A stretch of DNA of 64,000 nt from Myxococcota bacterium (GTDB lineage: Bacteria; Myxococcota_A; Polyangia; Nannocystales; Nannocystaceae): positions 1 to 64,000 of the forward strand of contig JBCCHT010000002.1 in NCBI GenBank assembly GCA_039028615.1, in the 5' to 3' direction. Positions 1-9,378 of the stretch are shown in pieces; within the stretch, counting starts at the first letter, position 1, and every line of letters begins with the position of its first letter. A program made the translations under genes and the position numbers. The notes under the pieces were generated by a model that saw only the letters and a program-made list of their open reading frames with translations, had not been told where the DNA came from and made no database searches.

Positions 1-137
1 ACGTACGCTGCCGCTAGGCGTGAAACCACTGTTTGAGCACGGACGGAACCCCGACTCCCGCGAACAGGCGCCCCCAACGAAGCTCAATCCCCCCGCCCAA
101 CCTCAAATCAAACTCCCCCCCGCGCGAAGGACTCCCG

Positions 138-323
138 TCAAAGCAGATGCTCATCATCCTCGAGATCATCCACCCGCAACGGCCGAGAAAACCGATACGC
201 CTCATCCAACCAGTTCCCAAGGTCCGCCATCTGACACCGCCTCGAACAAAACGGCCGATACCGAAACCCATCCGGCACCTCGGTCTCCGTACGACAACTA
301 GGACAGTGAATCTTCATCGCCAC
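138..323 (-). CDS. yacG: DNA gyrase inhibitor YacG (zinc-binding)
   Basis: CPSC...RPFCSRRCQMADLGNWLDEAYR matches the YacG signature CxxC...PFCSxRCxxxDLGxW; true start may be the second Met. Confidence 0.9.
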   Translation of the reverse strand: MAMKIHCPSCRTETEVPDGFRYRPFCSRRCQMADLGNWLDEAYRFSRPLRVDDLEDDEHLL

Positions 324-453
324 CCGCTCGCGTCCCTGCGCCGCCCGACCCTACGACATCGAGCCCCACCGTTGGCCACAAACATCGACGCCCCCAAGGA
401 CTCTCCCGTGCGCTAGAGCCCGAACCCGCCGCCGGGCCTCGACCCACGAGGCG

Positions 454-496
454 AAAAATACACGACCCACGCCATCATCCTCGGCAGCGTGGGTCG
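454..496 (-). terminator. Probable intrinsic terminator after the aminotransferase
   Basis: Perfect 10-bp inverted repeat CGACCCACGC (463-472) / GCGTGGGTCG (487-496), followed on the minus strand by TGTATTTTT, about 20 nt after the stop at 519. Confidence 0.6.
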
Positions 497-518
497 GCGA
501 GTCGCCCGGGAACCCCGC

Positions 519-1733
519 TCAGGCGGTCGGCAACGACGATAGCGCGTCCTTGATGCGCCCCAGCCCGTCCGTGAGGCTCGCATCGTCCGTCGCGTAGCTC
601 ATGCGCAGGTGCCCGGGAGCCCCGAACGCCGTGCCCGGCACCGCGGCCACGAGCTTCTCCTCGAGCAGCCACTTCGCCAGCTCGATGTCGTCCGCGTGCT
701 TGGCCTTCGGCCCCGTGTGCTGCGAGATGTCGACGAACACGTAGAACGCCCCCTCGGGCGGATGAACCTCGGCGCCCGGGATCTGGGCCAGGCCCTCGAG
801 CACCAGCGAGCGGCGGCGGGTGAAGGCCTCCTTCATGCTGGCGACCACGCCGGGCACGGAGGGATCGGTGAGCGCGACGAGGGCGGCCTTTTGCGACAGC
901 GTCGCGGCGCCCGAGGTGGTCTGGCTCTGGATCCGCGAGGCAGCCGCGACGACTTCCTTGGGACCGGCGAAGTAGCCGATGCGGAAGCCGGTCATGGCGA
1001 AGGTCTTGGAGACGCCGTCGACGATGATGATCTTGTCGCCGAGCGTGTCTCCCAGCACCTCGTGGGCGCTGGTGTGCGTGTAGTCGCCGTAGACGAGGTC
1101 GCGGTAGATGTCGTCGCAGATGACGTAGGCCTGCGGGGCCTTGGCCGCGATGACCTGACCCAGCGCGGCGATGTCGGACTCGCGGTAGCCGGCCCCGGTG
1201 GGGTTGCCGGGGCTGTTGAGCACGACCACGCGGGTGCGCTCGGTGAGCGCGGCCTCGAGCGCCTCGGGGCGCATGCGCCAGCCGTCGGTGCGGGTGGTCG
1301 GCACGAACACGGGCTGGGCCTCGGCCAGGCCGGCCATGGCGGGGTAGCTCACCCAGTAGGGCGCCGGGATGACGACCTCGTCGCCTGCGTCGCAGGTGGC
1401 GAGGAACAGGTTGGCCAGGCTGTGCTTGGCCCCGCAGGACACGAGGATCTCGTTACGCGCGAACGTGCGACCGTGCACGCGGCCCAGCTCAGCCGCGACC
1501 GCGTCGCGGAGGGCGGGCGTGCCCGGCACGGGGGCGTAGTGGATGGGCCCGGCCCCGGCCGCCTCGGTGACCGCCGCGATGACGGCGGGCGGCGGGGCAA
1601 AGTCCGGCTCGCCCGCGCTGAAGTTGAGCACCTGCTTGCCTTCCGCCCGCAGCTCTCCGGCACGGCCGGAGACGGCGAGGGTCGCGGAAGGCTTGATGCG
1701 ATCGGCTCGGATGGAAATGGCTGCTCGGGTCAC
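519..1733 (-). CDS. PLP-dependent aminotransferase class I/II (aspartate aminotransferase family)
   Basis: GEPDF, GAKHSL, PAPYWVSY, NSPGNPTG, DDIY and SKTFAMTGFRIG (PLP lysine) motifs. Confidence 0.93.
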   Translation of the reverse strand: MTRAAISIRADRIKPSATLAVSGRAGELRAEGKQVLNFSAGEPDFAPPPAVIAAVTEAAGAGPIHYAPVPGTPALRDAVAAELGRVHGRTFARNEILVSCGAKHSLANLFLATCDAGDEVVIPAPYWVSYPAMAGLAEAQPVFVPTTRTDGWRMRPEALEAALTERTRVVVLNSPGNPTGAGYRESDIAALGQVIAAKAPQAYVICDDIYRDLVYGDYTHTSAHEVLGDTLGDKIIIVDGVSKTFAMTGFRIGYFAGPKEVVAAASRIQSQTTSGAATLSQKAALVALTDPSVPGVVASMKEAFTRRRSLVLEGLAQIPGAEVHPPEGAFYVFVDISQHTGPKAKHADDIELAKWLLEEKLVAAVPGTAFGAPGHLRMSYATDDASLTDGLGRIKDALSSLPTA

Positions 1734-2326
1734 GGTTCGCTCGTGAGGTTTGGCTGGGAGAATCGGAGGAACTCGACCCGGGCTTGCCCGTAGTCGCGGC
1801 CGAGTTCCAAAGTGAGCGCCGCCGGCCAGGCGACGGCCGGACTTTTACCCCGAACCCGCTCGCGCTCGCAGACCACCAGCGCGTCGGGAGCGAGAAATCC
1901 CCCCTCGCACAGGTCGCGGGTCACCGGCTCGAAGATTTCCGGCATGGCGAAGGGGGGATCTACGAACACCAGATCGAAGGGCGCGGCAGCCCCGCGTCCC
2001 GCTCGGATCCACGCCAATGCATCGGCCTTGCGTAAGTCGACGCGGTCGGTCTGGCCGAGGACGTCGAGCTGGCGCTTCAGGTGCCGAACCACGCGCGCGT
2101 CGAATTCCAGCATGGTGCAGTGCCTAGCGCCCCGACTGAGCGCCTCCAGGCTCAGCGCCCCCGAGCCGGAGAACAGGTCGAGCACGCGTGCGTCGACGAC
2201 CTCGCGTTGCAAGCGATCGAAGATCGCTCCGCGTATGCGAGCCCCGGTGGGTCGCAGACCCGGCACGCCCGACGGCAGGGCCAGAAGCTTCCGACCTCGC
2301 AAACTGCCCGCTTCGATCCGCTGCAT
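1730..2326 (-). CDS. rsmD: 16S rRNA (guanine966-N2)-methyltransferase RsmD
   Basis: RIEAGSLRGRKL, LRPT, VLDLFSGSGALSLEALSRGA, FDLVFVDPPF; start placed at ATG 2326; 4-bp overlap with the next gene. Confidence 0.9.
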   Translation of the reverse strand: MQRIEAGSLRGRKLLALPSGVPGLRPTGARIRGAIFDRLQREVVDARVLDLFSGSGALSLEALSRGARHCTMLEFDARVVRHLKRQLDVLGQTDRVDLRKADALAWIRAGRGAAAPFDLVFVDPPFAMPEIFEPVTRDLCEGGFLAPDALVVCERERVRGKSPAVAWPAALTLELGRDYGQARVEFLRFSQPNLTSEP

Positions 2327-2483
2327 GGCGCCCCGAGGGTGCCCGTTTTTCTTTCCGCGACAAAGGGGCGATCGAGCCCATCGCGAGGGGCGCCCGGGAT
2401 TGCCGCGCACCTACGAAGCGTGCCGCGGCGGACATGGGAGCGTCCGGCGCGGCACGGGTTCGTGAGCGGTCACCGGTCGTCGT

Positions 2484-3566
2484 TCAGTACGCGTGGGCGT
2501 CGGCGGCCACCGTGGAGCGCATTGCCATGAGGTAGCGCTCCTCACGGTCGAGGCGATCGTAGCCCCGCTGCACCGCCCGGCGACGACGGACCCAGGCCAC
2601 GAGCACCAGCGGCGCGACCAAGATGAAGGGCAGGCCGCCGCTGGCCATGAGCGGGTACCAGACGAAGCGACCAGGCAGGCCCTGGCGCCACTCGAGGACC
2701 ATCTCGTCGAGACCCACGCCGTAGGCCCGGATGACCGCGACCTCGAAGGACTTGCCGTTGCGCATCTCGGTGAAGACCTGACGCATGCGCATGGCCCCGG
2801 TGGTGCCTTCGTCGTGAACCTTGCCGTCGAGCGGATCGATGATGCGCTTGGGCTGGTAGCTCCGCATGAAGTCGACGAGGTCACGGGCGGCGGCGTAGGC
2901 CACCGCGGCTTCGGGACCATCGGCGCCCTGGAAGTTCTCCTCGAGGTGCTCGAGGTCGGGGACGCCCGGGCCGAACACCGCGGACGCCAGCGTCTGCGTG
3001 CGCTGCAGGCTCAGCGTACCCTCGAAGCTCTCGGCCATGCCCTCGTTGAACCATCGCGGCAAGGGGGCGCCATTGGTGGCGCGGTGCAGCGCGACGTGGG
3101 CCATCTCGTGGCGCAGCAGCTCCTCGAGGTTGGTCGGCGAGCCGTCGGGGCCGTGCCGAGCGATGAGGATCTCGCCGCGACGACCGTTGGCCACGCCCGC
3201 CGCCCAGTGGGGCATGCCGGTCGCCTGGGCGACCTGCCCGGCGTGATCGACGAAGATGACCTTGAGCGTGTCGTCGAGATCGCCGTCGAGCTCGGTCTCG
3301 ATCTCCGACCACCAGTAGGGCGCGCCCTTGGCCAGGAACTCGGCCTCGCCCTCGAGCTCGGGCTCGTAGTGCAGTTCGAAGCGACCGATGCGCTTGACCG
3401 CGGTGGCCTGCTCGACGCGCCACCCGGTGGGCTCCCCTTCGATGGCCGAAGCCGTGCTCGCGCTGCCGAGCCACAGACCCAGCACCATGAACACCGCCAT
3501 GACGCCGCGCAGCAAGGAGCGGTGGAGCCGGGAGAGACCTCGTCGATTGGGAGCCGCGTTGGTCAT
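2484..3566 (-). CDS. Secreted, C-terminally anchored gluzincin (peptidase MA-like) metallopeptidase
   Basis: Signal peptide, HEMAH...PRWFNEGMAE zinc motif, C-terminal hydrophobic helix followed by RRRR; start at MTNAAP. Confidence 0.8.
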   Translation of the reverse strand: MTNAAPNRRGLSRLHRSLLRGVMAVFMVLGLWLGSASTASAIEGEPTGWRVEQATAVKRIGRFELHYEPELEGEAEFLAKGAPYWWSEIETELDGDLDDTLKVIFVDHAGQVAQATGMPHWAAGVANGRRGEILIARHGPDGSPTNLEELLRHEMAHVALHRATNGAPLPRWFNEGMAESFEGTLSLQRTQTLASAVFGPGVPDLEHLEENFQGADGPEAAVAYAAARDLVDFMRSYQPKRIIDPLDGKVHDEGTTGAMRMRQVFTEMRNGKSFEVAVIRAYGVGLDEMVLEWRQGLPGRFVWYPLMASGGLPFILVAPLVLVAWVRRRRAVQRGYDRLDREERYLMAMRSTVAADAHAY

Positions 3567-4456
3567 GGGCGCACCGTGATCACGACTGTCTCCTCGCGCA
3601 AGGCGTTGGCGACCAAAGCTCCGACTGCGACTCCCACCACGACAATCGCCACGCCCGCAATGATACCGCCTCGCGCCTTGCGACCGAGTGGAGCCAATGT
3701 GCGTCGTTCGGCGATTCCCGAGCGTTGCAGCTCGAGATGCTCGCGCCACAGCGTGGCCACCAAGCCCGGTTCGCTCGTCGCCGCCGCGCTGCGGATTCCC
3801 AGCGCGTGATCGAGCCGACAGTCGTGCGCCAACACCACGGGCTCCTCGCGATCCGCCACGTAGCCGATCATCACCACGAAGTCGTCTTGGCGGTCTCGGC
3901 ATATCTGACGGGGCGTTCCGGCGCCGGGTCGCAAGTGGCGAACGGCGGTCGTGGGATTGGCGGATGCGGTGGCGTGGGTCTCGAGCGCCGCGAGCAACGC
4001 TTTTTCCGCGCGTGAGCCGGGTGCCTCGGGCGCCAGGCCCACCGCGAGCGTGATGTGCTCGGGTGCTTCACGTACCGAGGACGGCGACGGCGGCGGTGGG
4101 GTTACGCCCTCCCCCGTCTGCGGCTCGGGCGACGCCTCGGCTTCGTCGGTGACCTCGGGCTCGGGCTCCGGTTCGGGCTCCCGCGGAGGACGCGGATCGA
4201 CCCAGGTCGCGGCCCGGCCCGGCTCGTCGCGGATGGCGGTCGGGCCTCGGTAGCCGCGATGCGCCTCGGCATCGAGCGCGACCACGGGCGGCGTGCGCAT
4301 GCGAAGACCACTGGGCAGCGGCGCGCCTGGGCCATGCCCTGCGCTGGCAGTGAACGGAGCGAGACTCAGGGCAACCCCGAGCACCAACGCCCATCCGCGT
4401 GCACGTCGGGTACGCCCCGACGATGGTTCCGCGGCGCGTCCCGAATGCTCGATCAC
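3563..4456 (-). CDS. Hypothetical exported protein with Pro/Glu linker and C-terminal TM helix
   Basis: GTG start overlapping the PilZ stop (GTGA); signal-like WALVLGVALSLAPFTASA; C-terminal GGIIAGVAIVVVGVAVGALVA; stop overlaps the next start. Confidence 0.6.
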   Translation of the reverse strand: MIEHSGRAAEPSSGRTRRARGWALVLGVALSLAPFTASAGHGPGAPLPSGLRMRTPPVVALDAEAHRGYRGPTAIRDEPGRAATWVDPRPPREPEPEPEPEVTDEAEASPEPQTGEGVTPPPPSPSSVREAPEHITLAVGLAPEAPGSRAEKALLAALETHATASANPTTAVRHLRPGAGTPRQICRDRQDDFVVMIGYVADREEPVVLAHDCRLDHALGIRSAAATSEPGLVATLWREHLELQRSGIAERRTLAPLGRKARGGIIAGVAIVVVGVAVGALVANALREETVVITVRP

Positions 4457-4788
4457 GTGGGCTTCTGGCGCTCGAGGAAGCGACCCAAGGCCCACGTCTC
4501 CTTGGCGCGAAACCCCGTTACGAACTGGATGCCGACGATCTCCCGGTTCACGTCGTTGACCCAGCGAACCTCGGCCTTCGCGTTGAGCGGCTTGTCGAGG
4601 TCGGGGACCCGAAACGCCACCGAGACTCGCTGCCCGACTTTGATCTCCGCCGACGCCGACACCTTGATGAGCGCACCGCCCAAGCTGAGGTTGACGGTCC
4701 TCGATGGAATCTCTTCGTCGTTGCGCGAAAGCTCCATGTCGATCTCGACGTCGTATCGGGTGCTCGCGCGCTTCTCGTGGGGAGGCAT
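4453..4788 (-). CDS. Stand-alone PilZ domain protein (c-di-GMP receptor)
   Basis: RASTR (RxxxR) and NLSLGG (D/NxSxxG) motifs; AEVRW...GIQF. Confidence 0.88.
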   Translation of the reverse strand: MPPHEKRASTRYDVEIDMELSRNDEEIPSRTVNLSLGGALIKVSASAEIKVGQRVSVAFRVPDLDKPLNAKAEVRWVNDVNREIVGIQFVTGFRAKETWALGRFLERQKPT

Positions 4789-4899
4789 CGGTTGCTCCAG
4801 TGTCGGGGGCCGGGACCCCCGCCGTCAACGCACCCTGCGGCAAAGCTGTGTCTTCGGCCCACCTTGGGGCGCGAGACCGCGCCGATTCGCGCAAATCGC

Positions 4900-7014
4900 T
4901 CACTGCACGGGGGGCCCCGGGTCGCCCCGTGGAGGCCGACGGCGGTCGTGAAACCACGGTCGATAGGCCTCCATCTTGCGTTGGTGGAGATCCGAGGCGC
5001 GGCGGCGGCAGGGCGCTCGCTCGTCGCTGCCCTCGGGCGCGCCCCAGCGAACCTCGGGACAATCGTTGGGGTTGTAGGCCATCTCCAGCGCGGGCGCGCG
5101 GGCCACCAGCTCGGCGAGGGTCAGCGTCCAGGGCGTTCCGTCCGAGCGGGTGTAGGTGAAGGCGCGGTCCGGGTCGGCGAGCAAGGCGTCGCGGGCTGCG
5201 GCCAGGCGCTTGCGCACCGCGGGCAGGCCCGCCTCACCTTCCACGCCCCACGCCTTGGGATTGCGAGCGACCTTGGCATCGAAGCCGGTGGCCACGTCGA
5301 TGGCGATGAGCAAGCGGAGGTCTCGAGCCGGGGTCGAGTAGTTCTCCCACGCGCCGGTCGTCTCGAAGATCGCGAAGCCATCGGGCATCTCGATCTCTCG
5401 GCCGCCGTCGGCGTGATAGGCCTCGCCGTTGTCGACCGAGGTCACCCGCACCTTGGCCGACTCGTGCAGCGCCGCGATGGCCTCCTGCTGAGCCCGCACC
5501 GGATCGCGAACGCCGGGGGTGATGAGCCCGTCCATGAGGTCGTAGAAGCCGGGCGCGTCCAAAGACGCCTGGTCCAGCCCCACGTCGCCGTAGCCGGGCC
5601 GCGTGCCCAGCTCACCGTTGGTCGCGGTGACCAGGCTGCGCTCGGGACCCTTGCCCCCGATGATCGCGTGCGGGCGAAAGCCCTTGAAGCCGCTGCCGCC
5701 CAACGCCGGGTCGGGATTCCACAGGAAGTTGCCCTCCCAAAAGCGCTTGCGGGTGATGCTGCCGTCGGGCTGCCCGTCGATCGCATAGAGCACGCCCGGC
5801 TCCTCGCCCACGGGGGCCATGAACTCCGCCACCACGAAGATGTGCCCGTAGGGATCGGCGTAAATCGAGCCCGGCCGCAGGCTGCGGCGGGTCATCTCGA
5901 GCGGATAGAAGTCGGTCTGGTCGTCCTCGTAGGCGGTGCGACCGTTGCCCGTGTGCACGCCCCAGGCGAGCGTGCGCTTGAAGAAGCGCTGCACCACGCC
6001 GAGCTCGCCGGGCAGGCGCGCGACGGGGGCGACCTCGGGGGCACCGACCACGCCGCGCACGTCACCGCAGGCCGGCGCCTTGCCGCCACGCCCTCGCGAG
6101 CAGCGACGGAAGCCGTAGGGCAGCCGCCGCTTCCAGGCGAAGTAGGCCCGCAAGAAGTACGGCGTGTCGGCGCAGTCGGGGCGCAGGAACATGCCGCCCT
6201 TCATCGGGCCTCCGTCCTCGCCCCAGTCGAAGTGGTCGTGCAGCAGGTTGCGCTCGGGATCGGTGGTGACCTCGTGCAGGGCCTTCCACGCGAGGTCCTC
6301 TCCGCGCGGGGCGTGGAACATCGCCCGCACCCAGCCGCTGAACAGGGCCTCCTCGGCGATGGTCCACGAGCGCTTGACCGGCCACACGCCGTTGTCGAGC
6401 GCCTTGTTCACCGCCCGCTTGGCCGGCCAAATCACCCGCGTCGATCGACAGCGAAGCCCCTCGCCATCGCGACCGACGATCACCCGGATCTTGGTGCCGG
6501 GCTTGGGCGCCTCGAGGCGCGCGACGGTCATGGCCGGGACGCCGCCGAAGTGGGTGAGCTCGGCCGACAGGGGGTTGCCCTCGCCGTCGGTCAGGCGCAT
6601 GGCCAGCATCGTCTCGTCGGCCAGCGTCGCCGCGAGCACCCGCATGGGCTGGCCGCCGATCGGTCGATGCGGCGAGATCATGATTCCCAGGTCGTCTGCG
6701 CCGGTTTCCGGGCACTCGCCCGCCTCGGCCTCGGCCGGAGGTGCAGGCGGCTTCGCAGTGGCGACGGCGGGCGTCGGCGACTGCCCTGCCCCCTCGTTTT
6801 GTGCGGCCGGGATCGCAGCCGAGTCTTCGCTCGCGGGCTCGGGCTCCCCGTCGCCGCTCGGCTCGGCTTCGGCCGCAGCCGCAGGCTCGGACGGGGCCTG
6901 CTCGCCATCGGTCACGGGAGGATCACACGCCCCGGCGAGGCCGAGGACGAGCCCCAAGCCCCAACGAAGGCCGAAGGCCGGGCCGCGCGCCAAAATGCCC
7001 GGGGTGCGAAGCAT
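4900..7014 (-). CDS. Large lipoprotein with putative NlpC/P60/papain-like Cys-His domain
   Basis: Lipobox LAGAC, low-complexity linker, then PDCADTPYFLRAYFAWK and RPGSIYADPYGHIFVV. Confidence 0.6.
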   Translation of the reverse strand: MLRTPGILARGPAFGLRWGLGLVLGLAGACDPPVTDGEQAPSEPAAAAEAEPSGDGEPEPASEDSAAIPAAQNEGAGQSPTPAVATAKPPAPPAEAEAGECPETGADDLGIMISPHRPIGGQPMRVLAATLADETMLAMRLTDGEGNPLSAELTHFGGVPAMTVARLEAPKPGTKIRVIVGRDGEGLRCRSTRVIWPAKRAVNKALDNGVWPVKRSWTIAEEALFSGWVRAMFHAPRGEDLAWKALHEVTTDPERNLLHDHFDWGEDGGPMKGGMFLRPDCADTPYFLRAYFAWKRRLPYGFRRCSRGRGGKAPACGDVRGVVGAPEVAPVARLPGELGVVQRFFKRTLAWGVHTGNGRTAYEDDQTDFYPLEMTRRSLRPGSIYADPYGHIFVVAEFMAPVGEEPGVLYAIDGQPDGSITRKRFWEGNFLWNPDPALGGSGFKGFRPHAIIGGKGPERSLVTATNGELGTRPGYGDVGLDQASLDAPGFYDLMDGLITPGVRDPVRAQQEAIAALHESAKVRVTSVDNGEAYHADGGREIEMPDGFAIFETTGAWENYSTPARDLRLLIAIDVATGFDAKVARNPKAWGVEGEAGLPAVRKRLAAARDALLADPDRAFTYTRSDGTPWTLTLAELVARAPALEMAYNPNDCPEVRWGAPEGSDERAPCRRRASDLHQRKMEAYRPWFHDRRRPPRGDPGPPVQ

Positions 7015-7151
7015 CGATCACTGCATATCGCCTTCACCCCGGGACCGCAAAGGCAGGGGGTCCAAACCGGTGGTCGTGGTGCGCTGCGTCTCACGTTCAA
7101 TCGTCCGCGAGGCGGTCCGCCGCCGCCGTGCACCATGCTATTGCTGCCCGC

Positions 7152-8357
7152 ATGCGAGTGCTCATCGCGGACAAGTTCTCAGCCGAGGGCAAGGCTGCCC
7201 TGGCAAGCCTCGGGCTCGAGATCGACGATCGGCCCGAACTGGGCGCCGATGATCTCCCCGCCGCGCTCGAGACGAGCGGCGCCGGGATCCTCATCGTGCG
7301 CTCCACCAAGGTCAAAGCAGACGCCTTTGCCAAGGCCACCGCCTTGGCCCTGGTGCTCCGAGCCGGTGCCGGGGTCAACACCATCGACCTCGAAGCGGCG
7401 AGCCGCCACGGCGTGTTCGTGGCCAACACCCCGGGCAAGAACGCGATCGCGGTGGCCGAGCTGGCCATGGGCTTGATGCTCTCGCTCGATCGCAACATCC
7501 CCGACGCGGTCACCGAGATTCGCCAGGCGCACTGGCACAAGAAGCGGTTCGGCAAGGCCCGCGGCCTGTTCGGTCGACGGCTCGGCCTGGTGGGCTTCGG
7601 GGCCATCTCCCGCGAGGTGGCCTCCCGGGCCATCGCGTTCGGCATGGAGGTCCACGCCTTCGACATCGCGCTCACCGACGCCGATGCCGACGCCCACGGC
7701 GTGACGCGAGCCGCCTCCCTCGAAGAGGTCCTGCGCGGCAGCCACGTCGTCAGCGTGCACGTGCCCTACATCAAGGGTCGCACGCACCACCTCATCGGCG
7801 AGGCCGAGCTGGCCATGATGGACGAGGGCGCCTGCCTCGTGCACACCGCCCGCGGTGGCGTGGTCGACGATGCCGCGCTGGCCGAGGCCGTGCGCTCCGG
7901 TCGGCTCCGCGCCGCGCTCGACGTGTTCGAGGACGAGCCGGCCGGCGGCGACACGAAGTGGAGCACCGCGCTGGTCGAGATCCCGGGCGTCTACGCCACG
8001 CCGCACATCGGGGCCTCCACCGATCAGGCCGCCGATGCCATCGCCGACGAGGTCGTCCGCATCGTCACCGGCTACCTGCGCCAGGGCGTGGTCCACAACT
8101 GCGTCAACACCCAACGCCCCACCCCGGGTGGCTGCACCATGGTCATCCGCCACCTCGACCGCGTGGGGGTACTCGCCGGGATCCTCGATGCCTTGAAGAA
8201 CGAGCAGCTCAACGTCCAAGAGATGCAAAACGTCATCTTCGCGGGCAACGAAGCGGCCAGCGCCACCCTGTCCGTCGAAGGTGAGCCCAGCGCCGAGCTC
8301 GTGGCGAGCCTCGAGTCCCGCGAGGACGTGCTCGCGGTCGCCGTTCGCCCCCGGTGA
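7152..8357 (+). CDS. serA: D-3-phosphoglycerate dehydrogenase with C-terminal ACT domain
   Basis: MRVLIAD, RAGAGVNTID, NTPGKNAIAVAEL, GLVGFGAI, HTARGGVVD, TPHIGAST; ACT motif HLDRVGVLA. Confidence 0.82.
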   Translation: MRVLIADKFSAEGKAALASLGLEIDDRPELGADDLPAALETSGAGILIVRSTKVKADAFAKATALALVLRAGAGVNTIDLEAASRHGVFVANTPGKNAIAVAELAMGLMLSLDRNIPDAVTEIRQAHWHKKRFGKARGLFGRRLGLVGFGAISREVASRAIAFGMEVHAFDIALTDADADAHGVTRAASLEEVLRGSHVVSVHVPYIKGRTHHLIGEAELAMMDEGACLVHTARGGVVDDAALAEAVRSGRLRAALDVFEDEPAGGDTKWSTALVEIPGVYATPHIGASTDQAADAIADEVVRIVTGYLRQGVVHNCVNTQRPTPGGCTMVIRHLDRVGVLAGILDALKNEQLNVQEMQNVIFAGNEAASATLSVEGEPSAELVASLESREDVLAVAVRPR

Positions 8358-8376
8358 GCCCCCGCCCCGACCGCTC

Positions 8377-9378
8377 GTGATCAAGTACCTCGGCTCCAAG
8401 CGGGTGTTGCTGCCCGCGCTCGTCGAGACGGTGCAGGCCTTGCCCGAGGTCCGCACCTTCTACGACGTATTCTCGGGCACGGCCCGGGTCGGGCACGCCA
8501 TGAAAGAGGCCGGCTTCGAGGTCCGGGCCAACGATCACAACGCCTACGCCCACACCCTGGCCCAGTGCTACGTCGCGGCCGACCGCGACGCGCTGGCCGA
8601 GCCGGCCGAGCGCCTGCTGGCCGAGCTCGCCACCGTCCCGCCCAAGCCGGGCTACGTCACCGCCACCTTCTGCGAGCAGGCCCGCTTCTTCCACCCGAAG
8701 AACGGGGCTCGGATCGATGCGATCCGCGATCGCATCGAGACCCTCGACCTGCCTCCCGCGCTTCGCGCAGTGGTCCTCGTTTCGCTCATGGAGGCGGCGG
8801 ATCGCGTGGATTCGACCACCGGGGTGCAGATGGCCTACCTCAAGCAGTGGGCGCGGCGGGCCCATAACGACCTCGAGCTGCGCCTGCCGCGACTGCTACC
8901 CGGGCCCGGACGCGCGCATCAGCTCGATGCCCTCGATGCGGTCCGAGCCCACGAAGCGGACGTCGTCTATCTCGACCCGCCCTATAACCAGCATAGCTAC
9001 CTCGGCAACTACCACGTGTGGGAGACCCTGGTGCGCTGGGACGCGCCCGAAGCCTACGGGGTGGCCCAAAAGCGGATCGACTGCAAGACGCGCCGCTCCC
9101 CGTTCAACTCCAAGCGCAAGTTTCGGGACGCCATGGAGGCACTCGTCGCCGCGGTGCAGGCCCGGTGGCTGCTCGTGTCCTTCAACAACGAGGGCTACAT
9201 CTCCCGCGACGAGATGATCGAGCTACTGGGCCAGCGGGGCCCGGTGGAAGTTCGGGGAATCTCCCACCCACGCTACGTAGGGGCCAAGATTGGCATCTAC
9301 AACCTGCAGGGGGAGAAAGTGGGACGGGTCGGTCACCTGCAGAACGTGGAGTATCTGTTTCAGGTACGCTGCACGTAG
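8377..9378 (+). CDS. DNA N6-adenine methyltransferase (D12/Dam-like class), no cognate endonuclease nearby
   Basis: IKYLGSK, DVFSGTARVG (SAM-binding motif I), VYLDPPYNQ (motif IV), LVSFNNEG; GTG start at 8377. Confidence 0.87.
   Translation: MIKYLGSKRVLLPALVETVQALPEVRTFYDVFSGTARVGHAMKEAGFEVRANDHNAYAHTLAQCYVAADRDALAEPAERLLAELATVPPKPGYVTATFCEQARFFHPKNGARIDAIRDRIETLDLPPALRAVVLVSLMEAADRVDSTTGVQMAYLKQWARRAHNDLELRLPRLLPGPGRAHQLDALDAVRAHEADVVYLDPPYNQHSYLGNYHVWETLVRWDAPEAYGVAQKRIDCKTRRSPFNSKRKFRDAMEALVAAVQARWLLVSFNNEGYISRDEMIELLGQRGPVEVRGISHPRYVGAKIGIYNLQGEKVGRVGHLQNVEYLFQVRCT

Noticed and set aside
126..409. Similar words AAGGACTCCCGT and AAGGACTCTCCCGT flanking yacG
   Set aside because: Short and imperfect, with no mobile-element context; likely chance.
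4399..7476. 1025-aa plus-strand ORF, and similar very long ORFs at 21493-23976, 29449-32046, 37275-39095, 45158-47461 and 56037-58382
   Set aside because: Antisense shadows of real genes, expected in high-GC DNA where stop codons are rare; no recognisable motifs.
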